In this document: positions 1 through 14,216 of the stretch, piece after piece | How the letters are laid out: each line of letters starts with the position of its first letter | Position numbering within the stretch: position 1 is the first letter of the stretch | Origin: Amoebidium appalachense | Taxonomy: Eukaryota; Protista; Ichthyosporea | NCBI GenBank assembly: GCA_963693365.1 | Contig: CAVNZM010000014.1 | Span: 2,604,001-2,668,000, forward strand | Length of the DNA stretch: 64,000 bases | Direction of reading: 5' to 3' | Made by a program: the position numbers and the translations under genes | The notes under the pieces: model-generated | Told to the model about the DNA's origin: nothing | Seen by the model: the letters and a program-made list of their open reading frames with translations, nothing else | Database searches by the model: none

Positions 1-57
1 CCCCTCTCTCCCCCCCCCCCCCCCCTTTTTTTTTGGGGGGGGGGGGGGGGTTTGTGT

Positions 58-105
<48 letters not shown>

Positions 106-408
106 CTCAGTTCTGATTCCCTTCTGCAGTGGAACAGTACGCACACGAAAAGATCGTTGTGCCGATTAAAGAAGAAAGATTATTTTTGTTTTCCTTCAGG
201 AAGGTTTCTGCTGGTTGCTGGCTGTAATTACAATGATCACATTGATTGCGTCTGGGGAATATATATATTCCTGCAGGGGAAAGGACTTGAGATTCCTCTC
301 CCTCTCCCTATCATGATATATCTCTCTTCTGTCTCTCTCTTCTCTCTGTCAACTCTCCCTCCCTCCCTCCCTCCCTCCGAGGCCTCCCTCCCTCACTCTC
401 TCACTCTC

Positions 409-548
<140 letters not shown>

Positions 549-1471
549 TCCGGGACCGAAGTTCCCCCCCGCCCCCCCTTATGAGCCTTCAATATTCCTT
601 CCCCTTCGAATTCGGAATCCCCCCCCCTCCCACGGTGTCACTCCCTCTCCTACTCAAGTATTACTATCTCCGGCCCGGCCCTGCCTCCCCCCTCCCCGCG
701 GGCCGCGGATACAATGATATTCATACGACATGACAACTGTCGTCCACCACCATCCGGCAGACATACGGCCGCCGTTTTTTTAGGCTGGGTCTGGCTGCAG
801 GCGCGCAGTTCAGAGCCTCAGATGTCAGTTGCAGAGGGCCGTGGGCTGAGCCGATAGCGAGCATGTTGTATGTTGGCTTGTCACGGTGCGTGCGAGTAAC
901 GTAATAAAGTTATTCGCTCGTGACTCAGTGAGTAACGCCACATAATAATCAAAAAACTGCTTTTTGGTGCCTTAGTGCGACGATCCAAGGCAGTTGGTTG
1001 TAAGACGGAAGAGCCGTAAGAAACTGGAACTGCTTACAGCGAAGCTTCTTATTAATTAAGTTCCCGAATTCCATGTGAAGAATTCTCGGACGGTCCATTA
1101 TCAAAGGCCCAGTTTTCAGAAATTTTACCTTCCTCTCACCGCCTGGAAAAAATTTGGGGTGTTACTTAAAATAGAAACCCTCGACATTTTTTCGGTCGGA
1201 CTGAGCATCAGCACACCCAATCCATCAGTCAGTCAGATGCTTCAGACGATGCAAAAAGTATATATATAATATAGTTCTTACCACCAGGCTAACGGATGAT
1301 GGAAGAGTCTGTGTTCCCATTTTCCCTTTGTTTCGAATAGTGGCGTTGTCTCGGAAGGCGCTGCGGTATCACCAACACGATAATTGCCAAACGGGAGCAA
1401 ATGACCTGCAAGCTTCGGAGTTCGCAACCCCTCTGCCGTGCATACTGGCGATTAATATTAGTTACAACCTA

Positions 1472-1534
<63 letters not shown>

Positions 1535-2495
1535 TTCAGAGAGTTTTTATAATAATAATCTGCTATGCGACACTCACGTTTCATCGGTCCGATCGTATAG
1601 AGGGCCTACTCGAGCTTTCGAAAGTTCTGTGACGCGTACGTGGAACCTGGCTCTGGAGGCAGCATATTATGACCTAAATAATGTAAAGGATTCACCCAAA
1701 AGACACAGGACTACAACTTTGGTAAAAGATGTAGACTGTATACCCTGTATACTTTAACAAACGTGTCAATATTTCCCTCCCCCAAACTTTTTTTTGAGTG
1801 TTGATCAGTCTGCATAGTTTTTAACCTTCCTGTCCACCATGGCGGCATGGCCACGTGACTGCAAGCATTTCGATTTTCGAAAACCGATGATTGGATTAGT
1901 CAGCACCATGTGTGGCATTCCTGGAAGGAGGGTAAATTTACTGCTGTCTTGAACATTTGCGTGAACCAATACAAACTCTTTTGCTTATAGGGCAAGATAT
2001 CGACATAAATGTGCAATAGGAGTGTTCTTTTGACACTATCTTACGTCTTTTACTTTTTTAGAGCATAAATTGCGCATAGCACAAGTCAACAACCAAAAAT
2101 ACCATGTTGTAGCCAAAATAAAATACCAAATACCATGACTAAAATCAACCAATCATTGATAACCATTTTTGGCCAGTTGCAATTGACCGGGTCTCCTTCA
2201 GCCCAGGGTCTCCTTGACCCCATGTGGCAGAAGGGGGTAAAGATGAACAATCCTGCTTTGCAGGGATCCTATACTAAGTAATTGAGAAATTTCCATAGAA
2301 GACACTGATAGGCACAAAAAACAATTTCCTATATTATTTTAGGCCTTTTTCAGGTATTTTTTGACAGTTTATACTGGTAAAAGGATATGGAATCATGTTT
2401 TGCAAAACACCGCTGAGATGTTTATTTTCTGCCCTGCTCGCCCGGGTCGTACCATCTGAATGGCGTTTTCAGCACCGCCGAGTCAAGAGCCGAGG

Positions 2496-2502
2496 TATAA
2501 AA
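2496..2502 (+). promoter_or_regulatory. TATA box of Cys-rich secreted gene 1
   Basis: TATAAAA 68 nt before ATG 2564; TATA motifs lie 75-80 nt before both paralogous ATGs (18101, 21218). Confidence 0.6.
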
Positions 2503-2563
2503 TGGCCTCCGCCCCACAGTTGATGCCACTCAACTCGGGCTGTTCTATAGCGTCATCATAAAA

Positions 2564-3169
2564 ATGAAGTTCATTCTGACCGTCGCCGCCGTCGTTGGCG
2601 TTGCCTCTGCCGCCACCACCGCTGATGACACCAAGAGCTCTTTCGTGAGCTGCGCCGAGGTGGTGAAGTGCGCGCAGTACAACCTGGACCCCAAGGTTAC
2701 CGGCATCATCGCCCGCTGCAAGCCCAACTTTGCTGCCTCCACCACTCCCTGCACTGAGGCGTACTGCTGCGCCGTGCCCCTCCCTACCACCACCACCACG
2801 ACCGGCGCTGCCACCACCACCACTACCACCACCACCACCACTACCACCACTGGCGCTACGACCACCACCACCACCGCTGCCACCACCACCACCAAGGCCC
2901 CCTCTTTCGTATCCTGCGCCAGCTACGTGGCCGGCATCAAGGAGGTGTGCCAATACGGTTTTGCCCAGGACCGCTGCAAGCCCTGGCAGGGATCCAACTA
3001 TGCCTGCAGCACCAAGTACTGCTGCAAGCCCAAGCCCGACACGCCCTCGTTCGTTCCTTGCGACAGCAAGGTCAAGTGCAAGTACGGCTATGCCCAGACC
3101 CGCTGCAAGCCTCGCACCGGCACCACCACGCCCTGCACCGAGGCCTACTGCTGCAAGAAGAAGAACTAA
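2564..3169 (+). CDS. Secreted Cys-rich repeat protein with Thr-rich (mucin-like) linker, 201 aa, intronless
   Basis: Signal peptide [16 protein letters not shown]; three 6-Cys modules ending C-x4-CC (TPCTEAYCC, ACSTKYCC, TPCTEAYCC); poly-Thr linker; strongly C-ending codons; AAAATG start context; paralogue at 21298. Confidence 0.9.
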   Translation: MKFILTVAAVVGVASAATTADDTKSSFVSCAEVVKCAQYNLDPKVTGIIARCKPNFAASTTPCTEAYCCAVPLPTTTTTTGAATTTTTTTTTTTTTGATTTTTTAATTTTKAPSFVSCASYVAGIKEVCQYGFAQDRCKPWQGSNYACSTKYCCKPKPDTPSFVPCDSKVKCKYGYAQTRCKPRTGTTTPCTEAYCCKKKN

Positions 3170-5951
3170 GCGGAACTGGTCAACTGCTCTAATCCCAATT
3201 TTAAGGTCTAGAGAGTAACTTCTTTGTTCCAAAGAATAGGATTACGGTGGACCGGGTGTCTGATTTGGATTTTTATGTGTTGTAAATTAGACGGAGTTAG
3301 TATATGAGCAGCACAACTGGTGAATCCCAACTTGTGATGAGCTTTGGACGTAATGTAGGCGGGTGTTTTTAAAGTATTCTCCGCTCGAGTAGGAATGGCA
3401 TTCTCTTATAGAAGAGCTAGCAATATCAAGGTGGCCCTCCTCGTGGGGAGCCTTCTGTCGCAGTGCCCACATGAACTTTCCTTTTTCTGTTGAGTCCGGC
3501 TGTTAAAGCCAATGCATCAATAAAAGATCTTTCAGTTCAAACCTATCTGTGTCTCACAATGAATCGATATGTCATTCTTCAACATTGGGTTCCTGTTCTT
3601 CTAGGCCGTTAGAAGCCCGGCATGCCGTGGTTTCCAACATCAAGTTGGCCATCAAGGTGGCAACTGCAAATCACTGCAACTACACTTGGGGGACTCCGAG
3701 GTAGACAATGCAGCCGTCGATGATGCTTTTAGTGTGTCCCGATCGAACACCGTATGTTTCTTTCCATGTTTTTGTATGAGCCATATGCTTGTTCTGCCTT
3801 GTCTCTCCCTCGTCTTTCTTCCTGCCAGCATTTTGCCATCATACTACATTTGGAGTAATGGGTTCCAGCCCAACACAACTCTTCCCTTGCTCGTGCTTTT
3901 CCGAAGTGTAAAATGACGTTAAGAGTTTGTTCCCTACCTACTACGGGTGTCGCCAATGTTATTATTGCCTTCTTTCTTTTGTGTTTGCTCGTGTTGCGTT
4001 AAGCCAACGCACTGAGTTGTTGGACACGTGCGTCTTTAATTGCTGGCCGTGTTGGGAGTTTTTCTCATTTGTTGACTCGTTTGATAATGTGCTACTGCTG
4101 TCACACATTTGGGCTGTGGTTTGCCGGACAAGTTGGTCTTGTGTATGGATTTCTCCTACAAGGATCGTATTGCAAATCTGGGGTGTCAGTGCAAGTTAAT
4201 ATACAACTGCTAGTAATGTAATGTAATGTGTATACCTGTCATTCGTGTTATGCTACCGTGTTGTGCCTGCCTTGCCTTACCTACAGTTTTGTTTCTTGCT
4301 CCTCATAATTCCTAGTTTCTCTGAAGTTACTCAAAGTTTACAGCCTTTATTATAGCTATGATTGCATCTGCAAATTCATCCAGTTCGGTTCTCCGTGTGC
4401 GTCAGAGCCTGATTTTCTGGTCTCTTCTTCCCTATTCGCCTTCAAGGCTTCTTTTCTTGTTGTTTCCTACCCTTGTACATAACACCTTATCTCCCAAGTC
4501 TTTTCTTGTAAATGCTACGTGCAAGTAAAGAAAGGCTTAGCCATCATCTACTGTGAGCTGTTCACCCCAAGTAACTCGATTTCTCCCATATCTCCAACCA
4601 GCACCCTTTATCCCCCACCTTTCCCTCCCTCAACTCTTTTCTTTTCCTCCTCGTCTATCCCTCCTTTCCCCCCACCCCCTCCCACCCCCCACAATCAGAA
4701 TCCCTCAAACCACCACCACCTCACACCTGCTCTCAAGCTGGTGTTTTCTAAAGTCAGACGAGCTCTGCTTCTGTTGTTCTTGCCTGTGTGAACGTCAGTG
4801 TATTTGTGCTTGGTTTCTTACGTGCCCTGTATTAGCCTGCTTTGCATGCTCCTCCCTCTCCCCCCTCCCCTCCTCCCCCCCTTCCCCCCCCCCCTCCCCA
4901 CAATCCCCCCCCCTCCCCCCCCCCCCCCCCCCCAACAATTCCCCATCCTCCAAAAACACACACCCACGTGCATTTCCCCTCCCCTTTTCCTTCTTTCTCC
5001 CCCTCCCAACAAATCCCACCTATCCCCAACCCATAAACTCGCACGACGGGCTGTAATTCCATCCGAGGTGGCATTCATAATGTTGCCACTATAACACCAT
5101 ATTTGTGACGCCCATCATGGCGTGTGCTTGCCACAATGTCTTGCTCTTGGTAGGTTGATGTCGACATCGGCAGCATGCATACTCTACGTGGGCTATGTCG
5201 ACATTCTACTTGAAATAGATGGCATCCCATCGTCGACATACAGAATATTATACTCTACGTAGGCTCTACCGATATTATAAATTGCCCGCACGTAGTACCA
5301 ATGCCGATCATCCACAGAACGATCTTTTGTCGACATGGACAGCATATATTGCAGGCTATGGTGACAGTTGTGGGAATCAGGTGGGAATCTCAACATCAAT
5401 TGATGTCGACATCGATGGAATCTCTACATCGGAACTTTCGACCAAGGTAAGCAATCTACTTTGCCTTCCATGGACTTTCCTGTATTATCTCTGTTAAGTG
5501 TTGCTTCTAATATACTACACCTATAGACTACATATAGATTCAATCTTAGCTCTTTCTCTCTCTCTCTCCTCCCCCCCCCCCCCCCCCCCCCCCCTTCCCC
5601 CCGCCTCTCCCTCTCTCTCCTCTAGCTCACCCTCTCACACTCACTCTTAAACACACACACACTCTCTCTTTCTCTCTCTCTCTCTTTCTCCCTCTACCTC
5701 TCCCCCTCTCTCTCTCTTTCTCGCTCCCCCCTTTTTTTCCCTCCATCCCCCCCCCCCCCCCCCCCTCCCCCCACCCCCTCCATACTGGTTCTCTACTTCT
5801 CCACATGTCTCCCCTCGGCTTCTCAGGAACACTCCCGAAAAAGTACATGCCCCTATTTGACTCGCTCTCTCTCTTCCCCCCCCCCCCCCCCCCCCCTTTC
5901 TCTCTCTCCCCCCCCCCCCCCCTCCCCCCCCCCCCCCCCCCCCCCCCCCCC

Positions 5952-6071
<120 letters not shown>

Positions 6072-6338
6072 TTCTCCTCTAGCTCACTCACTCACTCACT
6101 CTTAAACACACACTCTTTCTATTTCTCTCTCCCTCGCTCTCTTTCTCCCTCTCCCTCCCTCCCTCTCTCCCTCTTTCTCGATCCCCCCCTCTCTTCCTCC
6201 CTCCATCCCATCTCTTTCTCTCTCACACACACACACACACACTCTCTCTCTCTCTCTCTGTGTGTGTGTGCCTCCTCCCCCCCCCCACCCCCCCATCTCT
6301 CTCTTCTCTCTCTCGATCGCCCGCTTTCACTCACATAC

Positions 6339-6439
<101 letters not shown>

Positions 6440-7396
6440 CTTCCCTCCCCCCCCCCCCTTCCCCCCCCTCTTTCTCTCTCTCCCTCCCCCCGTCCGCTCC
6501 ATCCACCCCTTCCCTGCTGGCTCTCTAGTTTTCCCAGTCCACATGTTCCATGCGTGTACGTCTCCTCTCGGCTTCTCCGGAACATTTTGAAACCTCATAT
6601 TTCTTTCGGGTTTTCCGTGGCTTCTTCTTCAGCATCAGTAAGTGCCCGGGGGGGAAAGGGGGGAGGGGGGGAGAGGTGTGAATTTGGACGGTTGCGGGAT
6701 GGGGAGGGGGGCGGGGGGGGGGCTGTGTAAGCCAAGTTTGGAAGTTGCACTTGGCAGAACACGAACAAGCTTAGGCGGAGAGGGGGGCAGGCAGGCCCCG
6801 GGGCGGGGGGGGGGGGGGGGGGGGGGACTAGTGTGTGTGTGTATGTTGGGGGGGGGGGGGGGGGGGGGGGGGGACTATATAGTGGACAGGCACAGGATGA
6901 TCCATGGGCAGGGGCGGGGGGCGGGAAGGGGGGGAGGGGAGGGGGGGGGGGGGGGGGGGGGACCAGCCTAGTGTGCAGGATGAAATACGGGAGGAATACG
7001 AGGGTACCAGAGCGCACAAACAAGATTTACACTTAAGAAAGACGGGTGGAGGAGATGCCCCCCCGGGGGGGGGGGGAGGGGGGGGGGGGGGGGGGAGGGG
7101 GGAGGGATTAAGTGACGAGGGGAGCGGGGAATGAGGATTTGTGGTGTGTGTGTGGGGGGGGGGGGGGGGGGGGGGGGGGGTATAATGCAAAAGAAATAAG
7201 ATTAGGGCTGTAAATATAATGAAGGAGGGAGAACTGGGGAACACATGGGGTTGCTCATTTTTTCAAGTTTTTGAAAGGTTCCGACTTGACACATGCTGAT
7301 GTACATGCACAAAAACACACGGAACACACATGCGCATGTCTTGGCTGGGTGCACACACGCACACAGATACACACATACATGTGTGTGCCGTGCCGT

Positions 7397-7429
<33 letters not shown>

Positions 7430-7739
7430 TGGGACGGGGGGAGGGGGGGGAGAGAGAGTTGGGGGGGGGGGGGGAGGAGGGGGAGAGAGAGAGAGAGAGA
7501 CGGTGTGAGAGAGGGGCATGCGCGCAGACAGAAAGAGAGGGAGAGAGGGAGAAAGGAAAGCCACACACACACATACACACAGACACACACATGGCGCAGT
7601 GTAGCACAATGGCTACACATGGCCCACCCACTCACAACATCAACCCAATGACCTTCACCCATCCTCTCACACACGCGCGCCCCAAATGCACAGGCACATG
7701 CACATTCTCGCACACATACACCCCTATCCCCCCCCCCCC

Positions 7740-7770
<31 letters not shown>

Positions 7771-7816
7771 CGGGCACATTACAAGCAGACGCACATACAC
7801 GTCCCCCACTCCCCCA

Positions 7817-7850
<34 letters not shown>

Positions 7851-8060
7851 GTGCACACACGCACACGCACACAAGAAAACAGGCACACACAGAGAGAGAG
7901 GGGGGGGTGGGGAAGGGGGAGGGAATGGGGGGGGGGGGAAGGAGCGGCGAAAGAGAGAGGAGAGCAAAGGAGGGAGAGAAGTATGGACACATAAACACAC
8001 ACACACACAACGCACAACCTCGCACAAACACAGACACAGATACACACAGGCACACGCGCG

Positions 8061-8113
<53 letters not shown>

Positions 8114-8381
8114 ACATCTATACATGCACACACACAAGAAGAAAAAAAACAAGCACACTCACGAAACACAAACACACACATCTACACATGTATACACACA
8201 CAAACACCCAAAACAAGCACACTCACGACACATCAACACACACATGCAAACACAGGAGGAGGATCAATCGGAATCGAGGGTGGGCAGAGAGCCAGGGACG
8301 GATCCATTAATGAAGGAACGTAGGTGGGTACGGGTAGGCCGGTCTGTTAGAGGGGTGCATATATGAAGTGTGTGTGTGTGT

Positions 8382-8495
8382 CAGGGGTTAAAATTACAGT
8401 GCCACTTGGCAGTAAAAAAGCCACCTGAAATCCGAAAGAAGCCACTTGACGCGGAACGCTAGTTCCACTGAAATCTGTGCCAGTGGCACTATAAA

Positions 8496-8558
<63 letters not shown>

Positions 8559-8672
8559 TGTATATATAATATATATGTATGTGCAAGTGGCACTGAAAAT
8601 ACAGTCGGGGTTACGAAAGATATGCACCGGATTCCCGAAAAACCACTATGATAAAAACGATTATTAAGCCCT

Positions 8673-8673
<1 letters not shown>
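8382..8673. mobile_element. hAT-like MITE inserted in (GT)n
   Basis: Imperfect TIRs CAGGGGTTAAAAT / revcomp CAGGGCTTAATAAT; internal inverted pair CAGTGCCACTTG (8397) / CAAGTGGCACTG (8584); GTGTGTGT on both sides fits an 8-bp TSD but is low complexity; internal (TA)n. Confidence 0.6.
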
Positions 8674-8742
<69 letters not shown>

Positions 8743-8913
8743 TGTGTGGGTGTGGGTGTGGGTGTCGGTCTGTATGTGTGTGAAGTGTGCCATGCTGTGT
8801 GTGTGTTTTGGGGGGGAGAGGGGGGAGGGCTGTGTGGCTGTGTGGCTGTGTTGTGTATTATGGTCTGTGTGTGTTCGTGTATGTCTGTCTGTCCGTCTGT
8901 CTGTCTGTCTGTC

Positions 8914-8956
<43 letters not shown>

Positions 8957-9022
8957 CAGATATGCAACTTTAGGCAAGGTTCTTTGGAACAGATATGCAA
9001 CTTTAGGCAAGGTTCTTTGGAA
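8957..9022. repeat. Perfect 33-bp tandem duplication
   Basis: CAGATATGCAACTTTAGGCAAGGTTCTTTGGAA x2. Confidence 0.9.
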
Positions 9023-9088
9023 TCTACCTCTCTCTCGAACCTCTTGCTGCACACAGGCAGACCCATATCCCACACTCACACATGCAAG

Positions 9089-9147
<59 letters not shown>

Positions 9148-9606
9148 AAAACATTCTCCCACCCACCGACCCCCAAATAGCCCGCATTCCCGTGTCTCGG
9201 CTTACCATCCCTTCCTCCTCCCATTTTCATGTTCCTTGCACCACAAAGATAAGTGAGATTTCTGCCTTTCTCTCTCCCTTTTTAACTTGACCTCCCTGTT
9301 CTATTCTCTCAGTCTGTGTATCGTGTTCTGAGATTCTGTTGCATGTGTTGTTGAGCTTTGCCTTCTGCGAAAAACTCGCCCCTTTGTGCTCCTCCCCCCT
9401 CCCCCCCTCCCTCCCCCCCCCCCCCCTCCCCTCCCCCCCCCCAACACCCCGTCCACCCATCTTATGAAGATCGATATCCCCCTTCCCCCGTGTTTCAGTG
9501 CTCCTCTCACTCACTACTCTATTCCATTTTTCGTTTTTGTCGCTGTCTCTCCCTTCAGAACTTTTTTCTTTTAGAGCCCCCCCCCCCCCCCCCCCCCCCC
9601 TCCCCC

Positions 9607-9643
<37 letters not shown>

Positions 9644-10315
9644 TCTACAAATCAAATAACATGATGTATTGTTTTGCCTCTTTTATCTCAACCTTGAGCA
9701 CACCCCCTCCTCCCCTTCTCCCCCCTATTCTCTTCCCCCCCCCCCCCCCCCCCCCACCCCCCGCCCCACCCCCACCCCCCCCCCTCCTCTCTCCACCTCA
9801 CGCCCGCCGTGTGTTCCCGTCTGCCTCCCCCCGCCCCCTCTCTTTCTTATGTGCATGTGTCAGTGTACCCGTCTGCCCCCCCCCCCTCCCCCCCCCCCCC
9901 CCCGGGGGGGGGGGGGGGGGGACCATTTCCTCCCTTCCTTCAATGCAACTGTCGACTCCATCTTCCTCGGTTATGTTTCCTCTTAACTTTAATATATCCT
10001 TCTATACATGTTTGTGATGACTATCTTTAACCCCCCCCCCCCCCCCCCCCCCCCCTCCCTCCCCGCTCCCCCAAACCAGCACACACACACTCGCGCCCGC
10101 TCTCTCTCTCTCCCCCCCCCCCCTCCCCCCCCCCCCCCCCCCCCCCCCCCCTCTGTTTCTCTCCCTGTCTCTCGCTCTCTCTCTCTCTCTCCCCCCCCCT
10201 CTCTCTCTCTTTCTCTCTCTAGCTCTCTCTATCTATCTACTTCTCTGTCTGTCTGTCTCTCTCTCCCCCCTCTCACTCACACACACTCTCTCTCTGTCTG
10301 TCTGTCTGTCTGTCT

Positions 10316-10379
<64 letters not shown>

Positions 10380-10545
10380 CATTTTTCTCTGTCTTCTTGC
10401 CCCCTCCCTCCCCTTCCCCCTCCCCCCCGCCCGCCCCGCCCCCTCCCCCCCTTTCCCCTCTCCCTCTCCCCTCCTCCCAGGCGCACAGGCAGATATTCAG
10501 TTTCGTTGCAGTTGCGTTCTACTTAGGTCCCTTCTCTGCCCCCCC

Positions 10546-10579
<34 letters not shown>

Positions 10580-11104
10580 CCCTCCCCCCCCCCCCCCCCC
10601 CGCCCCTCCAGCTCCAACCCTGCCTTTCTCCTCCTCTCCTCGAATTCTTATCCTACCCCCTTCCCCGGGGGGGGGGGGGGTGGGGGGGGTGGGGGGGGGG
10701 GTACTTGGTGAGGGGTATTTGCACCGATCGTGTTGGTGGTGATGGCGAAGGTGACGTTGAGGGGGAAGGAAGGGGGGGGGGGGGGGGAGGGGGGGGGGGG
10801 AGGGGGGGCAGCGTGGTGGTGACGGTGGGGAGGTGATTGGGTGGGGGATGAGGGATGTTGTTGAGGAATAATGGGTAGGAGGGGGCTTGGCGCGGGTGGT
10901 TGTGGTGTTGTAATTTACTACGGCAGATTTTTTTATTGCAGGCCCCAGGGGGGTGGAGCTGTGGAGCCGGGGTAGTTCATCGGTGTTGGATTACGCAAGT
11001 ACGTGTGCTAGCAAGAGCTTTCAAGTTTGTACATGATTCTGTTATTTGGTTGTGTTCTCTCCTCTTTGTGCTGTTTCTCTCTCTCTCTCTCGTGCTCCCC
11101 CTCC

Positions 11105-11153
<49 letters not shown>

Positions 11154-11422
11154 GGCTACCTCTCTCCCCCTTGTCTCTGTGTGCACAGATATCTGTAGGT
11201 CTGTGCACACCTGGCCCCCTGGCCTGACGTCAGGAGTCAGGACGTGTTGTGTTTTACTTGTGTTTGCTCTCCTCTGTTTTACTGTGTGTAGAGTGATTGG
11301 ACACCTACATCTCTGTGTTTAGGTCGAAATTGGAGGGACGCGAGTGAGCCGATCTGTGGTGTTGCATTCCTTTCTATTTATAGACGTATTTTGATTGGAC
11401 ACACTGGATTTGAAATCTATTC

Positions 11423-11455
11423 CAAGGCCTCCTAAATAGCACACAGGAGGCCTTG
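11423..11455. mobile_element. 33-bp micro-MITE (hAT-type ends) with 8-bp TSD
   Basis: Perfect 11-bp TIR CAAGGCCTCCT/AGGAGGCCTTG, 11-bp spacer, direct repeat ATCTATTC at 11415-11422 and 11456-11463. Confidence 0.75.
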
Positions 11456-12021
11456 ATCTATTCCCATGATGTGTTTTATTTTGAGAGTGTCGGCTATGAG
11501 TAATATATGTATTTAGATGAGTTTTTGCATGCAGAGGAATGTAAATGTATATGTGAATTAATAGTTAGTGACAAGTTAGTTGAGTTACTTAATTTATTTG
11601 AGTAGAGTTTCTAAGCTTCTATTGTGTTGGGAGTTAGAAAGTGTTTCTCTTGTTGGAATGTAATATTTGCCCTGTAGTTGAAGGAACGGCCGATTGGTGA
11701 CAATGGTTCCCTTCTTTTAGGTGAGACGGTCACGAGATGATGCATGGTCGAGAACAAAACGGCCGGAGGACGCGAATAAAGTTTCAGGTTTCAGAAACGA
11801 GCTGTGTGATAACCGCAGAGGGCGGCCAACTCCCACTCATCGTAATTGTGTTTGTCGTGTTTACATGATACCTCTGTGCACTCTAAAAATCTCAGCATCA
11901 CCTATCAAATCCCCAACTCGGCGACATTTGTTGGGCAGTGTTGGGGCCATGAGTGTACTCAGTGTGGCAACAACGGTTATGGGTAGAATGAATCCCCTAC
12001 CCCGCACAAACACGCATGCGT

Positions 12022-12091
<70 letters not shown>

Positions 12092-12564
12092 CAACTCCTA
12101 CAATAGTACTGTTGATGCAGTTTCATGCATTATGCTCCATTGTTGTCTTGAACGGTGTCAGTAATTGTGCCTTTGTGCTCATGCTATCTATGTGGTCTGT
12201 ACACTCGTGTAAGTTGTCCGTCATGAATGTGACTTCATACTTGGTAACGCATTCTCCCCCCCCCCCCCCCCCCCCCCCCCCCAGTCCTCCCCCCTTCCCC
12301 TCCCTCCCTTCGGTTCCCTCTCTAATAATCCCTCCCCCGTCCTCACCTCGCGTTGGTCTTCGGCCTACCGAATCCCAAAACCCAATCAGCCACTCACTCA
12401 AAGAACAACACGGCTGTATGCAAATTTTTTTCCTTCCCTGCTGCCCCCCCCCCCCCCCTCCCCCCTTTTTTCAGGTCACTCACACCTTCCCCCTTGCTCA
12501 ACACGGTACCCCTGTGTTCGTCTCTTTCGAGCCTCCCACTATTCTGCTTTTGTTTCCTCCCATC

Positions 12565-12704
12565 CCTCCCCCCCCACCCCCCACCCCCCCCACCCCGCCC
12601 CCCCCACCCCACACACACACACACCTCTCCCCCACCCCCCCCCCACGCCACACACACACACACCTCTCCCCACTCCCCCCCACCCCACACACACACACAC
12701 CTCC

Positions 12705-12735
<31 letters not shown>

Positions 12736-12776
12736 ACCTCTCCCCACCCCCCCCACCCCACACACACACACACCCC

Positions 12777-12807
<31 letters not shown>

Positions 12808-12846
12808 CTCTCCCCACCCCCCCCCCACCCCACACACACACACCCC

Positions 12847-12877
<31 letters not shown>

Positions 12878-12917
12878 ACCTCTCCCCACCTCCCCCCACC
12901 CCCCACACACACACACC

Positions 12918-12949
<32 letters not shown>

Positions 12950-13758
12950 CTCCCCCCCCCCCCCAACCCCACACACACACACACCTCTCCCCGCCCCCCC
13001 ACCCCACACACACACACACCCCCCCCCCCCCCCCTACCCCACACACACATACACACACATCTCTCCCCACCTCCCCTCACCCCCCACACACACACACCTC
13101 TCCCCCCCCCTACCCCCCACACACACACACCCCCCCCCCCCCCCCCACACACACACACCTCTCCCCGCCCCCCCACCCCACACACACACACACCTCTACC
13201 CCCCCCCCCCCCCCCCTCCCCCCCCCCCCCCCCCCCCCCCCCCCCCACACACACACCTCTCCCCCCCCCCCCCCCCCCCCCACACACATACGCCTCTCCC
13301 CCCCCCCCCACCCCACACACACACACACCTCTCCCCACCCCCTCCCCACCCCACACACACACCTCTCCCCCCCTCCCCACCCCCCCCCCCACACACACAC
13401 ACCTCTCCCCATCCCCCCCCACCCCACACACACACACAACTCTCCCCCCCCCCACCCCACACACACACACCTCTCTCTCCCCCCCCCCCAAACACACACA
13501 CCTCTCCCCACCCCCCCCCCCCCCCACCCCACACACAAACACACCTCTCCCCACCCCCCCCACCCCACACACACACACACCTCTCCCCCCCCCCCCCCCC
13601 ACCCCACACACACACACACCCTCCCCCCCCCCCCCCCACACACACACACACACCTCCCCCCCCCCTCCCACCCCACACACACACCTCTCCCCACCCCCCC
13701 CAACCCCACACACACACACACCTCTCCCCATCCCCCCCACCCCACACACACACACACC

Positions 13759-13790
<32 letters not shown>

Positions 13791-14185
13791 CTCTCCCCAC
13801 CCCCCCCACCCCACACACACACACACCTCTCCCCCCCCCCACCCCACACACACACACCTCTCTCCCCCCCCCCCACCCCACACACACACACCCCTCCCCC
13901 CCCCCACCCCACACACACACACACCTCTCCCCACCCCCCCCCCCCACCTCCCACACACACACCTCCCCCCCCCCCACCCCACACACCCACACCTCTCCCC
14001 CCCCCCCCACCCCACACACACACACACCTCTCCCCACCCCCCCCACCCCACACACACACACACCTCTCCCCACCCCCCCCCCCCACCCCACACACACACA
14101 CCTCCCCCACCCCCCCCCCCCACCCCACACACACACCTCTCTCCCCCCCCCCCCCCCACCCCACACACACACACACTCTCTCCCC

Positions 14186-14216
<31 letters not shown>

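Noticed and set aside
2483-3232. Antisense and alternative-frame ORFs over the Cys-rich, EGF and LINE genes
   Set aside because: Shadows of codon-biased sense genes
10942-11385. Two putative + strand exons giving PQGVELWS...RNWRDASEPICG, faintly like PIG-T
   Set aside because: Similarity marginal and no further exons, start or stop could be assembled
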